Part shown: in pieces, positions 9,756 through 19,545 of the stretch
Numbering within the stretch: the first letter of the stretch is position 1
How the letters are laid out: the number at the start of each line of letters is the position of its first letter
Origin: Bacteroidota bacterium
GTDB taxonomy: Bacteria > Bacteroidota > Bacteroidia > NS11-12g > UBA955
Length of the DNA stretch: 64,000 nt
Reading direction: 5' to 3'
Assembly: GCA_005798825.1 (NCBI GenBank)
Contig: SYIL01000030.1
Location: forward strand, 17,798 to 81,797
Position numbers and translations under genes: made by a program
Notes under the pieces: generated by a model
Told to the model about the DNA's origin: nothing
Seen by the model: only the letters and a program-made list of their open reading frames with translations
Databases searched by the model: none

Positions 9756-10097
9756 ATGAAAAAAATATGTCTTTTAGGATTGTTCGTCGTAGGTTTTGCG
9801 TTGTCTTCTCATGCACAACAGGTTTCTAATACACAAAATCCTGTTTCCGTTGAAACGGCTTCATCAGCGGTTACTCCCACCAAATCCTGTTGCAAAAAAA
9901 ATGAAGTATCCGCAACTTCATGTTGTAAAACCGGATCTACTGCCAAATCGAAAGAGTGTTCCTCGATGAAAGGTTCTGCTGCTGGTTCATCCAAATCAAA
10001 ATGTGGGGAGGGCAGTGAGGCAAATTCAAGTGTATCTAAAGTAAAGAAATCTTGTACAACTCCAAATTGTCAGAAGCCTTGCTGTAAAAAAGTATAG
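9756..10097 (+). CDS. Small secreted Cys/Lys/Ser-rich protein (Sec signal peptide followed by repeated SCCK / PCCKK motifs)
   Basis: 113 aa. Signal peptide MKKICLLGLFVVGFALSSHA-QQ. The mature part has about 10 Cys including 4 CC pairs, is Lys-rich and low-complexity. It has its own promoter-like motif and terminator. Confidence 0.6.
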   Translation: MKKICLLGLFVVGFALSSHAQQVSNTQNPVSVETASSAVTPTKSCCKKNEVSATSCCKTGSTAKSKECSSMKGSAAGSSKSKCGEGSEANSSVSKVKKSCTTPNCQKPCCKKV

Positions 10098-10118
10098 TTA
10101 TTGTTAAAAACTCTATTA

Positions 10119-10148
10119 AAAAAAGCGCCCTATGGGCGCTTTTTTTTT
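10119..10148. terminator. Strong rho-independent terminator
   Basis: aaaaaaGCGCCCtatGGGCGCttttttttt. A perfect 6-bp GC stem plus a 9-T run. Confidence 0.75.
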
Positions 10149-10366
10149 GATCGTTATCAGCATTGAATATGGATTCAAATCAATTTTAACATAGGATTTT
10201 TGATAATTTTCATTCGATAAACCTACTGTATACAGAATCATAAAGTTTAGAACAATATGGGTTATTTGTGGTGAATGACATTATACCAAAGCGCGATATA
10301 CGCTCAACCCCGATTGCTTCTGAAATTCTAAAACTTTGGTTTCTGTGTTGTTACTTTGCAGTGTCA

Positions 10367-11257
10367 ATGGATAAAGGATTCAGGAGAATTGTGTTTACCT
10401 TAATGATATTTGTGGGGTTGACAGTATTGCTGGTAAGTGTTTGGTTGAGTTATAATTTTAATGCAGAAACAAAACTTTTGCAACTCATTCCAGACCAATC
10501 GAACTGGTTTTTGCATGTTCAAACCAATCAGCTTCGATCAGATTTTTCCGAGTCCCCCAAACCCCCAGCATCAATTGATACGCTGGTAGAAACTATTTCT
10601 CATTTGGCGGTATTCAACAAAATCAAAGACCCCAAAACTACGGGCATTGGTTTGTATTCTGATGTGCTTGTATTCGGAATGAAGGAGGGCAATTTTTTCT
10701 GTCTATCACTAAGTAGAGAATCAAAGTTTACACTATTTTGTCAACAAGCCTTCCGGGATGGTCTGCTCGAATTACCAGCAGATAAGGGCAATTATTACTA
10801 TGCCAAATGCAAAGATAAAAATATATATATCGCTTTTAAGTCTAAAGCACTCTTGGTTTACATTCCCAATGATACGCTCGTAAATAAGACCTCTATTGAG
10901 AAGGTATTGGGTTTAATATTCAGCCATAAATCGAATACCATCATGCAAAATTCAAGGGTTAAATTTCTTTATGAAGACGATCCAGACATGGTTTTTTACA
11001 GTACAAAACCCCAATATGGATTATCCCAATCGGCGTATTTTCCAAAAGTCAAGAAAGGGGAAAAGGCATACGTTGTTTTTCGTTACCCCGAGAATATGGG
11101 AATTATCAATCCCTCGCCGCTGATGTTGGCCTCAAAAGCGGGATTGACCGTAGATGTTGAAGCCAGCCTGAATACAAAGAACGAAATCACCCCTGAAGAA
11201 GCGCTTTCATTATTGGCTAGAGCCTTAAATCAATATATAATTTACTATAATCAATGA
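10367..11257 (+). CDS. Hypothetical membrane-anchored protein (signal-anchor, then ~270-aa extracytoplasmic domain)
   Basis: The ORF is open from a GTG at 10268. The internal ATG at ~10367 gives [27 protein letters not shown] (a TM anchor). No recognisable catalytic motif. The stop overlaps the next start (ATGA). Confidence 0.55.
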   Translation: MDKGFRRIVFTLMIFVGLTVLLVSVWLSYNFNAETKLLQLIPDQSNWFLHVQTNQLRSDFSESPKPPASIDTLVETISHLAVFNKIKDPKTTGIGLYSDVLVFGMKEGNFFCLSLSRESKFTLFCQQAFRDGLLELPADKGNYYYAKCKDKNIYIAFKSKALLVYIPNDTLVNKTSIEKVLGLIFSHKSNTIMQNSRVKFLYEDDPDMVFYSTKPQYGLSQSAYFPKVKKGEKAYVVFRYPENMGIINPSPLMLASKAGLTVDVEASLNTKNEITPEEALSLLARALNQYIIYYNQ

Positions 11258-12252
11258 AAATTCAAACACTCATACAAGAACGTATTTTGATTATTGATGG
11301 TGCCATGGGTACCATGATCCAAAAATACAAGTTCTCAGAATCAGATTATAAGGGAACCCGATTTGCGGATTTTCCGCATGCCTTACAAGGCAACAATGAC
11401 TTGCTGGTACTTACCCAACCTGAAATTATTTCTAACATCCACCGTGCTTTTTTGGATGCAGGTGCAGATATTTTGGAAACCAATACATTCAACGCAAATT
11501 CGATTTCCATGCTCGATTACCACATGGTCGATTATGTGAAGGAATTAAATACCGAGGCTGCAAGATTGGCTCTAGAGGCCGCTGCGGAATTCACCCGTAA
11601 AACACCCGAAAAACCTCGTTTTGTTGCGGGTGCTATTGGGCCGACCAATAAAACCGCTAGTTTATCACCAGATGTAAATAATCCGGGTTATCGTGCTGTT
11701 TCTTTTGATGATTTGGTGGTTTGCTATCGTGAACAAAGTATTGCTTTGATTGAGGCAGGAGTTCATTTGTTACTAGTAGAAACTGTTTTTGACACCCTTA
11801 ATTGCAAAGCAGCCTTATTTGCTATCAATGAAATCAAGGATGAGCGTGGTTTGAATATTCCAGTAATGGTCAGTGGAACTATTACTGATAATAGTGGGAG
11901 AACCCTAAGTGGGCAAACACCTGAGGCATTTTGGATTTCTATTTCGCATGGCAATCTTTTGAGTGTTGGTTTGAATTGTGCGCTTGGGGCACCCCAAATG
12001 CGGCCATATATTGAAGAATTGTCACGTGTTGCTTGGGTTCCAATTAGTTGTTATCCGAATGCTGGATTACCCAACGAATTTGGAGAATACGATGATACAC
12101 CCGAGGGTATGGCCCTCGTTTTAGAGGAATGGTGTAAGCAAGGATGGGTAAATATTGTTGGGGGTTGTTGTGGAACTACTCCAGACCATATCCGTGCAAT
12201 CGCCTTAATGGCAGCAAGATATTCTCCAAGACCTATGCCTACATTGACATAA
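11254..12252 (+). CDS. Homocysteine S-methyltransferase domain protein (stand-alone MetH N-terminal Hcy-binding module)
   Basis: 332 aa. '[13 protein letters not shown]', '[34 protein letters not shown]' and the Zn-ligand 'GGCCGTTP' motif are near-identical to the MetH homocysteine domain. The ORF stops after this domain. Confidence 0.8.
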   Translation: MKIQTLIQERILIIDGAMGTMIQKYKFSESDYKGTRFADFPHALQGNNDLLVLTQPEIISNIHRAFLDAGADILETNTFNANSISMLDYHMVDYVKELNTEAARLALEAAAEFTRKTPEKPRFVAGAIGPTNKTASLSPDVNNPGYRAVSFDDLVVCYREQSIALIEAGVHLLLVETVFDTLNCKAALFAINEIKDERGLNIPVMVSGTITDNSGRTLSGQTPEAFWISISHGNLLSVGLNCALGAPQMRPYIEELSRVAWVPISCYPNAGLPNEFGEYDDTPEGMALVLEEWCKQGWVNIVGGCCGTTPDHIRAIALMAARYSPRPMPTLT

Positions 12253-12299
12253 GTGTCATTTGCACACTAGTAAATACAATTTTTTTTACCAATTATGCA

Positions 12300-12307
12300 T
12301 ATCTTTG
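12300..12307 (+). promoter_or_regulatory. TAnnTTTG -7-like motif upstream of the Leu-dehydrogenase-like gene
   Basis: TATCTTTG about 12 nt upstream of the ATG at 12320. Confidence 0.3.
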
Positions 12308-12319
12308 CGACATTAATTT

Positions 12320-13423
12320 ATGGGCGACATTAAAACCAAGAATCTGTCTGCAACTTCTTTTGATTTATTTGCAGATTTAGAGGAAACAAATCACGAGCAA
12401 ATCGTTTTTTGTCAAGATCAAGCAACCGGACTTAAGGCAATTATTGCGATTCACAATACTGTATTGGGCCCTGGATTGGGCGGCACACGAATGTGGCAAT
12501 ATGCCCATGAAAAAGATGCCCTCAGGGATGCTATGCGCTTGTCTAGAGGAATGACTTATAAAGCAGCTATTGCAGGGTTGAATTTGGGGGGTGCAAAAGC
12601 GGTCATCATCGGGGATCCAAAAACGATGAAATCGGAAGCCTTGATGCGCAAATTTGGTCGTTTTGTTGACAATCTAAACGGAAAATATATCACCGCTGAG
12701 GATGTTGGAACCACAACCAAAGACATGGAATACGTTCAAATGGAAACCGATCATGTAGTGGGTTTACCTGAAAGTATGGGTGGTGGTGGAGATCCTTCTC
12801 CAGTTACTGCTTATGGGACTTACATGGGTATCAAAGCCTCGGCAAAAAAAGCTTGGGGCAATGATAGTCTATCTGGTAAAAGCATAGCTGTTGTCGGAAT
12901 TGGTAAGGTAGGTATGCACCTTTTAGATTATTTGCACAAGGAAAATGCAAAGCTTTATGTGGCAGATATTAGCGATGCTGCTTTGCAAATAGCGGCCAAT
13001 AAATACCGTGCCATTATAGTAGGAGCAGAAGACATCATAGGATTAGATGTTGATATTTTGGCGCCCTGTGCCTTGGGTGGGATTATCAATGACGAAACAT
13101 TACCCAAATTGAAATGCCAGATTATTGCAGGTGCAGCAAACAATCAGTTAGAGGACGAAATAGTTCATGGAGATGCATTGAAAACAAGTGGTATCCTATA
13201 CGCTCCTGACTTTGTGATCAACGCCGGGGGGTTAATCAATGTCTACTCAGAATACAATGGGTATGTTCGTGAAAATGCGATGGCCCAAACCGAAAACATT
13301 TACAATACCGTACTTGAAATTTACAAAAAATCAGAACGCGACAATCTGAACAGTCAGCAGGCTGCTATTTTGCATGCCCAAAAGCGAATTAAAGATATAA
13401 TGTTGGTTCAAAGTACCTATTAA
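12320..13423 (+). CDS. Leucine dehydrogenase-like (Glu/Leu/Phe/Val dehydrogenase family, short form)
   Basis: 367 aa. 'GPGLGGTRMW' and 'GLNLGGAKAVI' signatures plus a Rossmann GxGxxG 'VGIGKVG'. Confidence 0.8.
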   Translation: MGDIKTKNLSATSFDLFADLEETNHEQIVFCQDQATGLKAIIAIHNTVLGPGLGGTRMWQYAHEKDALRDAMRLSRGMTYKAAIAGLNLGGAKAVIIGDPKTMKSEALMRKFGRFVDNLNGKYITAEDVGTTTKDMEYVQMETDHVVGLPESMGGGGDPSPVTAYGTYMGIKASAKKAWGNDSLSGKSIAVVGIGKVGMHLLDYLHKENAKLYVADISDAALQIAANKYRAIIVGAEDIIGLDVDILAPCALGGIINDETLPKLKCQIIAGAANNQLEDEIVHGDALKTSGILYAPDFVINAGGLINVYSEYNGYVRENAMAQTENIYNTVLEIYKKSERDNLNSQQAAILHAQKRIKDIMLVQSTY

Positions 13424-13520
13424 TACTCAAGTCTCCCAGTGCTGATCCATTTTGTAGATTGGATTTAGATTAAAGTTTCCTGCAGTACTTGCATTCTTTT
13501 TTTATTTAACTTCGTAACCA

Positions 13521-15107
13521 ATGAATGTTTGGTTCAAATGGGGTCGCAATAGCAATGCTGCCATTGCTTCTCTATTTTTAATATTGTTGGTCCATGGAAT
13601 GGTGGCATATTTTGCCCAAGTTCCTGCTGGAGGACAGGATTCTTGGAACCATTACTTATACGCACGTTGGGCCCCTTTTCACCCGTATTTACTGTTGGAT
13701 CAGTGGGGAAAACCCTTTTTTACACTGATCGCATTGCCTTTTGCCCGTTTTGGGATCAATGGGGTTTTGCTCATGAACCATTTGTGTATTTTGGGAACAG
13801 CTTGGATTACATACCTATGTGCCCGAAGAATGGGTTTTAGGAACCCTTGGATGGTTATATTTTTATTTGCTTGGCAACCGATTGTTTTGGCAAATGCACA
13901 TTCTGCATTAACCGAACCAAGCAATGCACTCATATTGATTGTAATATGTTACTTATTTGCCAGTTTACGCTGGGTTTCTGCTACAATAGTGGCTTCTTTT
14001 TTACCTTTGGTTCGCAGCGAAGGATTCGTTTTATTGGCAGCAGTTCTTTTGATGCTCGCTGTAAGAAATCGTTGGAAAATAATACCGTTTGCTTTTATTG
14101 GCAGTTTTCTGTACGCCATTGTTGGGGCTTTGATTGATGGACATTGGAATTGGATTGTTACCAAGAACCCCTACATCCAGCAGGAAATTGGGGTGGGGTT
14201 TGATGCAGGGCATGGAAACTTCTGGTATTATGCGTTGCACCAAAAGCATATTGCGGGAATTATTGTGTCTGCGATGCTATTTTTTTCAATGATTTTACTG
14301 GGAAAATATGTTTTTAAACGTATCCAAAAAAAAACTCCTTCCAATGTAAATCAAACGGTATTGTGGTTGTGGTGGCCGCTATTCTTTTTTTTCTTTTTAG
14401 CCCACAGTGTCTTGTGGTGGAAAGGTGCGATGGGCTCACATGGATTGTTGCGTGTTTTCGTGGTTGTTTCTCCGATAATGGCATTGCTCGCCCATCAGGT
14501 ATTGGATACATTGATGCGATTTGAAATTCGTTGGTTGAATCTATTTGTAAAGTATTTTGTTGTTTTAGGGATGTTTTTTTTGGTTTTCCCGGGTGCAGAT
14601 ATGCCTTATCCTTGGAAAATGAATCACTCCGATAAAACACCTATCCGAGGAGCGTTTGTCTATTCTAAAGAAAACAAATTGTCGCAAAATCCCATTGAAC
14701 AGGCTTTAAATTTTATTGTGCAATCCCCCTATAAAGGCAATTTGCTTGCCCATCAATTGCCTATGGTAAATGTATTTTGCAATTTCGACCCGTGGGCGGC
14801 AGATGCACAATTACATCCCATACACAAGTTTGGAAATTGGAAAAGCCCTTTGCCTGTATCCCAGTGGCCTAGAGAGTCTCGGGCATTGTATTTGTGGTCT
14901 TTGGATAGTCAGGAAGGTGGTAAAAACGATTGGTTTCCCGAGGGTACGATTGTTCTTTGGGATAATTTTCATGCACGTAGAGATGGCAATAAATCTTTAC
15001 AGACAATGCGTAGTCTTACCATGTATAAAGAATTGGCTTCTTTTGAGGGGAATATCAAGGACAGTTGCGATGATGTGCGCGTATTTATAAAAAACAAGCC
15101 ATTCTAA
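13521..15107 (+). CDS. Polytopic membrane protein, putative ArnT/PMT-like (GT39/GT83) glycosyltransferase
   Basis: 528 aa, about 10 predicted TM helices with an N-terminal loop. Overall architecture resembles undecaprenyl/dolichyl-phosphate-sugar dependent transferases. Weakly supported by eye. Confidence 0.5.
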   Translation: MNVWFKWGRNSNAAIASLFLILLVHGMVAYFAQVPAGGQDSWNHYLYARWAPFHPYLLLDQWGKPFFTLIALPFARFGINGVLLMNHLCILGTAWITYLCARRMGFRNPWMVIFLFAWQPIVLANAHSALTEPSNALILIVICYLFASLRWVSATIVASFLPLVRSEGFVLLAAVLLMLAVRNRWKIIPFAFIGSFLYAIVGALIDGHWNWIVTKNPYIQQEIGVGFDAGHGNFWYYALHQKHIAGIIVSAMLFFSMILLGKYVFKRIQKKTPSNVNQTVLWLWWPLFFFFFLAHSVLWWKGAMGSHGLLRVFVVVSPIMALLAHQVLDTLMRFEIRWLNLFVKYFVVLGMFFLVFPGADMPYPWKMNHSDKTPIRGAFVYSKENKLSQNPIEQALNFIVQSPYKGNLLAHQLPMVNVFCNFDPWAADAQLHPIHKFGNWKSPLPVSQWPRESRALYLWSLDSQEGGKNDWFPEGTIVLWDNFHARRDGNKSLQTMRSLTMYKELASFEGNIKDSCDDVRVFIKNKPF

Positions 15108-15170
15108 CTAATGAAACTATAAATGTCTATGGCGCAATGATGGCGCATTGAATTAAATACAACACTGGCC

Positions 15171-16880
15171 TTATCCTTTTATATCTGGGGATTTGATGTC
15201 GTGTATGCGCAATTGCAAACTTGTTTTGCCATTGAAAGTATTCTCTTCGATGCAATAACAAGCATTGAATTTCTGGTGGTCACTCACCGACATCAGGTAT
15301 TCGGCCATGCCAAATCCTATGGAATCTATACCACCTTTTGGGGAATTTATGTGTAATTTGAGATGCCGGTCTTTTAATACTCTCGCCGATTGCTTTGCGC
15401 TTAGATTATTGCTTCTAAATATTGGCATGGAGTTGCCAGGACCAAAAGGCGACAACTGTTTGAGGATTTTAAACATGGCTGGAGTGATGGTGGCCAAATC
15501 AATTTCTATATCATACTCAATCACTGGGATTAATTCTTCTTGTGTAAGGGTTTCTTGAACGATGGCTTCAAATCGTTCAGAAAAAGCGTCGAAATCATCG
15601 GCTTTTATACTCAATCCTGCCGCGTATTTATGGCCGCCATATTGAAGTACCAATTCTCCACAGGCACCGATTGCCTCATGAATATCGAATGTTTTAATGC
15701 TTCTGGCCGAGCCAATTAAAAGACCATCATTGAATGAGAAAATTATGGTGGGCTTATAAAATTGTTCAACCAATCTACTGGCGACAATTCCGATTACGCC
15801 TCTTGACCAAGATTCACCACGCAACACTGTACTATATTTTTTGCCACTATGATCAGTGTTTTCAACCATTGCGATGGCTTGACGGGTTATGTCTATGTCG
15901 AGTTCTTTTCGAACACTGTTTCGCTCTGCAAGAACCTGCGCATATTTCTTGGCTGCATTGAAATCTTTTTCAATCAGCAATTTTACAGCAGATTTTGCAT
16001 CGGAGATTCTACCTGCTGCATTGATTCGAGGTGCAATTCCAAAGAGTATGTCTGCAACTGTGTAGTATTCTTTTTTGGACGATTCGTTTAGGAGCGCTTG
16101 TAAACCAACACTGGGATTTTCATGGAGTTTTTTAAGGCCATAATAGGTAAGGATTCGGTTTTCTCCGCACATATCAACTACATCACTGGCAATGCTCACG
16201 GCAACAACGTCCAAGTATTCGTAAACCAAATGCTCAGGTAGTTCTTGCTTCAAATTATAGGCTTGTATGAGTTTGAATCCAATTCCAGCTCCCGACAATT
16301 CTTTGTATGGGTAGTTGCAATCCTTGCGTTTAGGGTTTAAAATGGCTGATGCATTGGGCAATATTTTGCCTGGCAAATGGTGGTCACAGATAATGATGTC
16401 CAAACCCAACTCATTGCCATAATCGATTAGGTCATTTGAGCGAATACCACAATCCAGCACTACAATCAGAACAAACCCATTCTCGGCGGCATATTCTAAG
16501 CCTGCTTTACTAATTCCATATCCTTCAGTGTAGCGGTTGGGAATATAATACGCGATTCGTTCCAAAAAGGGTTTGAAATACGAATACACGATACTCACTG
16601 CCGTAGTCCCATCCACGTCATAATCCCCATAAATCAATACGCTTTCTTGGGTGTCGATGGCTTGTTGAATTCTATGGATTGCAACATCCATGTCTTGCAT
16701 TAAAAAGGGATTGTGTAAGTCGCGTAATTTGGGTCGAAAAAACTTTTCGGCTTTTTCGTATGTGTCTATACCGCGTTGAACCAAGATTGAAGCGATGGGA
16801 GGGCTTATATTAAGTTCGGCAGACAACGGTTCAATTAAATGTTGATTGGGCAATTTCTTTGCCTGCCATTGGTATTTCAT
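15171..16880 (-). CDS. recJ: Single-stranded-DNA-specific exonuclease RecJ
   Basis: 569 aa. DHH motifs 'GDYDVDGTTA' and 'IICDHHLPG' plus the DHHA1 region. Confidence 0.9.
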   Translation of the reverse strand: MKYQWQAKKLPNQHLIEPLSAELNISPPIASILVQRGIDTYEKAEKFFRPKLRDLHNPFLMQDMDVAIHRIQQAIDTQESVLIYGDYDVDGTTAVSIVYSYFKPFLERIAYYIPNRYTEGYGISKAGLEYAAENGFVLIVVLDCGIRSNDLIDYGNELGLDIIICDHHLPGKILPNASAILNPKRKDCNYPYKELSGAGIGFKLIQAYNLKQELPEHLVYEYLDVVAVSIASDVVDMCGENRILTYYGLKKLHENPSVGLQALLNESSKKEYYTVADILFGIAPRINAAGRISDAKSAVKLLIEKDFNAAKKYAQVLAERNSVRKELDIDITRQAIAMVENTDHSGKKYSTVLRGESWSRGVIGIVASRLVEQFYKPTIIFSFNDGLLIGSARSIKTFDIHEAIGACGELVLQYGGHKYAAGLSIKADDFDAFSERFEAIVQETLTQEELIPVIEYDIEIDLATITPAMFKILKQLSPFGPGNSMPIFRSNNLSAKQSARVLKDRHLKLHINSPKGGIDSIGFGMAEYLMSVSDHQKFNACYCIEENTFNGKTSLQLRIHDIKSPDIKG

Positions 16881-16967
16881 AGTATTGGCAAAAATCGAGA
16901 ATAATGCCTAGAGTAACAATCAAATTTTTCTGATAAAATATGCAGCAAATTTGTATATTTGTTTGTT

Positions 16968-17993
16968 ATGAAATGGGTTGTATCTCTTTTATTAGGATTT
17001 CTCACCAACATTTGTATGGCTCAGCCAACCATTACATCAAGTCAAATGCCCAAGGCAAACGACACGTTGCGCTTTTCTTCTGCAAGTCCTCTCAATTTAC
17101 CCATGGGATGGGAGGTGGGTGGAGCTGGCATTACCTGGGATTTCTCAGCGCTAAAAGCATTGTCCCAAACCCTTGGCAAATATTATAGTGCAGCCAAAAC
17201 ACCTTATTCTTTTTATTTCTTTGGTCAGATTGGCCAGAAAACAGCAGATACATTAGGCGCAGGCCCTATTACCCTGACCAATGTATACTCATTCTATACC
17301 AATTCAAGCAAGGTGTTTAAGGCAGAGGGAATAGGGTATCAATATTCTGGATTTCCCTTGGCTTCCATGTATAAAGATGACGATGAAATTTATCAGTTTC
17401 CCTTAAATTATGGTGACAAAGACACCAGTTCATTCAATTTTAAATTTTCGATTCCTGGCGATCTTTTTTCCTTGATTCAAAATGGCAAACGATACAACAA
17501 TGCAGAGGCTTGGGGTACAATCAAAACCCCTTATAAAGAATATAAAAATGTGCTCCGATTAAAAGTTTTTATTGATGAAGTGGATACCATTGTTACCCAA
17601 TTGGGCAAATTTGCCATACCACGTAGAGTAGTTTCTTACAAGTGGCTGTCCACAGAAGAACGGATTCCTGTCATGGAGATACAAGGCACACAAAGTGGCA
17701 CAACAGGTAAATTTACTGCTACACAAATTCGGTATAGGGATGGCTATATTGCTCGTTTGGCGGTCAATACTGTTTTACCAAACCAAGTCCCCAATCTATT
17801 TCCCAATCCCGTAGCAAATCAATTCTCTTTAATGGGGTTTGATTCGCGTGAATGCCTGGACATTACAGATTGCAGGGGGCAACATTTTTACCTCAAATCC
17901 ATTGGATTAAATCGATATGATGCAGGGTCTTTGATTTCTGGCATGTATTTTATTCACACAAATTTTGGAGCGCTGAAGTTTATCAAACTGTAG
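16968..17993 (+). CDS. Secreted hypothetical protein with T9SS C-terminal sorting domain
   Basis: Signal peptide MKWVVSLLLGFLTNICMAQ. The C-terminal ~80 aa 'LFPNPVANQFSL...YFIHTNFGALKFIKL' matches a Por secretion CTD. A TATATTTG motif lies just upstream. Confidence 0.7.
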   Translation: MKWVVSLLLGFLTNICMAQPTITSSQMPKANDTLRFSSASPLNLPMGWEVGGAGITWDFSALKALSQTLGKYYSAAKTPYSFYFFGQIGQKTADTLGAGPITLTNVYSFYTNSSKVFKAEGIGYQYSGFPLASMYKDDDEIYQFPLNYGDKDTSSFNFKFSIPGDLFSLIQNGKRYNNAEAWGTIKTPYKEYKNVLRLKVFIDEVDTIVTQLGKFAIPRRVVSYKWLSTEERIPVMEIQGTQSGTTGKFTATQIRYRDGYIARLAVNTVLPNQVPNLFPNPVANQFSLMGFDSRECLDITDCRGQHFYLKSIGLNRYDAGSLISGMYFIHTNFGALKFIKL

Positions 17994-18046
17994 TGCGTGA
18001 AAACAAAAAAGTCAATTAAAATAGGGCTTGATGAGAAATTGGTATG

Positions 18047-18054
18047 TATATTTG
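18047..18054 (+). promoter_or_regulatory. TAnnTTTG -7-like motif upstream of pntAA
   Basis: TATATTTG about 25 nt upstream of the GTG start at 18080. Confidence 0.3.
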
Positions 18055-18079
18055 CGTATAAATACCTACATAATACATT

Positions 18080-19180
18080 GTGAAAATAGCTGTACTTAAA
18101 GAAACCCGACCCGGAGAAAAAAGGGTGGCAATTACACCCCAGGTTGTTAGAAGCTTAGTCCAAATGGGGCATTTGGTTTCGGTTGAAGAACATGCTGGAG
18201 TAGGATCGCATTTTTCGAATGAATTATACGTTGAAGCAGGGGCGGAAGTATTGACTCGCAACGCACTTGTGACTGCTGAAATGTATGTTCAGATAAATAT
18301 GCCAGAACCCGACCAATACAAACAATTGCCCAAGGGCAGTGTTTGGGTGAGTCAAATATACCATCGCAGCAATCCTGAGTCCATTGAGGGTTTTAACAAA
18401 GCGGGTATTTCAGTTTTGAGTTTGGATGCTATACCCCGTATTTCCCGTGCTCAAAGTATGGATGTTCTCAGTTCACAAGCCAATTTGGCCGGATACCGAG
18501 CCGTAATAGAGGGGGCCTATCATTTAGATAAAATTTTTCCCTTGCTAATGACTGCTGCTGGAACTGTAACCCCAGCGAAAGTGCTTATTTTTGGTGTGGG
18601 GGTTGCAGGATTACAGGCTATTGCCACAGCCAAGCGATTGGGGGCAGTGGTGGAAGCTACCGATGTTCGTCCAGAGACCAAGGAGCAAGTTCAGAGTTTG
18701 GGTGGCAAATTCATAGAAGTTAAAGGAGTAGAAGTAGGTTCACAAGGGGGATATGCCAATGAAGCTAGCGAAGAATATCGTTCGGCACAGCGTGAAGCGG
18801 TCAATAAAAGTTTGTCTCAAGCCGATTTGGTCATAACCACTGCGTTGGTTCCAGGACGAAAAGCACCCATTTTAATCGATGATGAACAGTTGGCTCTCAT
18901 GAAATCAGGGTCAGTATTGATTGATATGGCGGCAGAGCAAGGCGGTAATTGTATACAAACAGAACCTGGAAAGGTTAGTGTAAAAGGGGGTGTTAAAATT
19001 GTAGGTGCGGTAAATATGCCTTCAGAGTTGAGCGCCAATGCAAGTGAATTATTTGCACGCAATGTATGGGAATTGCTAAAACTCATTGCTCCAAAAGGGG
19101 AACTAATGTTAGATCGAAATGATGAAATTATTCAGGGCTGTTTGATTTGTTCAAATGGCGAAATTTACCACAAGGCATAA
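18080..19180 (+). CDS. pntAA: NAD(P) transhydrogenase subunit alpha part 1 (dI domain)
   Basis: 366 aa with GTG start. VKIAVLKETRPGEKRVAITP plus alanine-dehydrogenase/PNT N- and C-domains and 'GVGVAGLQAI' Rossmann. Confidence 0.85.
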   Translation: MKIAVLKETRPGEKRVAITPQVVRSLVQMGHLVSVEEHAGVGSHFSNELYVEAGAEVLTRNALVTAEMYVQINMPEPDQYKQLPKGSVWVSQIYHRSNPESIEGFNKAGISVLSLDAIPRISRAQSMDVLSSQANLAGYRAVIEGAYHLDKIFPLLMTAAGTVTPAKVLIFGVGVAGLQAIATAKRLGAVVEATDVRPETKEQVQSLGGKFIEVKGVEVGSQGGYANEASEEYRSAQREAVNKSLSQADLVITTALVPGRKAPILIDDEQLALMKSGSVLIDMAAEQGGNCIQTEPGKVSVKGGVKIVGAVNMPSELSANASELFARNVWELLKLIAPKGELMLDRNDEIIQGCLICSNGEIYHKA

Positions 19181-19191
19181 TAGATATTAGA

Positions 19192-19545
19192 ATGGAACCT
19201 ATTTTACAGATTAGCAGCGACTTGATCGCGCAGCCCGACACACAAAATACCTTAAACCTCATATATCTCGTAATCTTGATGATTTTCGTGGGGATTGAGT
19301 TGATTTCTCATGTTCCAAGTGTATTGCATACACCATTAATGAGTGGCGCCAATGCCATTCATGGGGTTGTATTAATTGGAGCCATTATTGTCATGGGAAA
19401 TGCCAAACCAGAGGATACAGTCTCTTTGGTGTTTGGAACCTTGGCTGTTTTTGTTGGAACGCTGAACGTAATTGGGGGGTTTGTAGTGACTGACCGAATG
19501 TTGGAGATGTTTAAGAAAAAACCCAAAGGAGGCAACCCGTCATGA
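19192..19545 (+). CDS. pntAB: NAD(P) transhydrogenase subunit alpha part 2 (small membrane subunit)
   Basis: About 117 aa from the ATG at ~19192 (MEPILQ...). Three TM helices. Precedes and overlaps pntB (ATGA). Confidence 0.75.
   Translation: MEPILQISSDLIAQPDTQNTLNLIYLVILMIFVGIELISHVPSVLHTPLMSGANAIHGVVLIGAIIVMGNAKPEDTVSLVFGTLAVFVGTLNVIGGFVVTDRMLEMFKKKPKGGNPS

Noticed and set aside
11763-11954. 63-aa minus-strand ORF inside the Hcy-methyltransferase gene
   Set aside because: It is antisense to a strongly supported CDS.
15128-15150. Direct repeat atggcgcaatg/atggcgcattg between the GT39-like gene and recJ
   Set aside because: It is a single imperfect 11-nt duplication in a convergent 3' region. 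It is too short to assign meaning.
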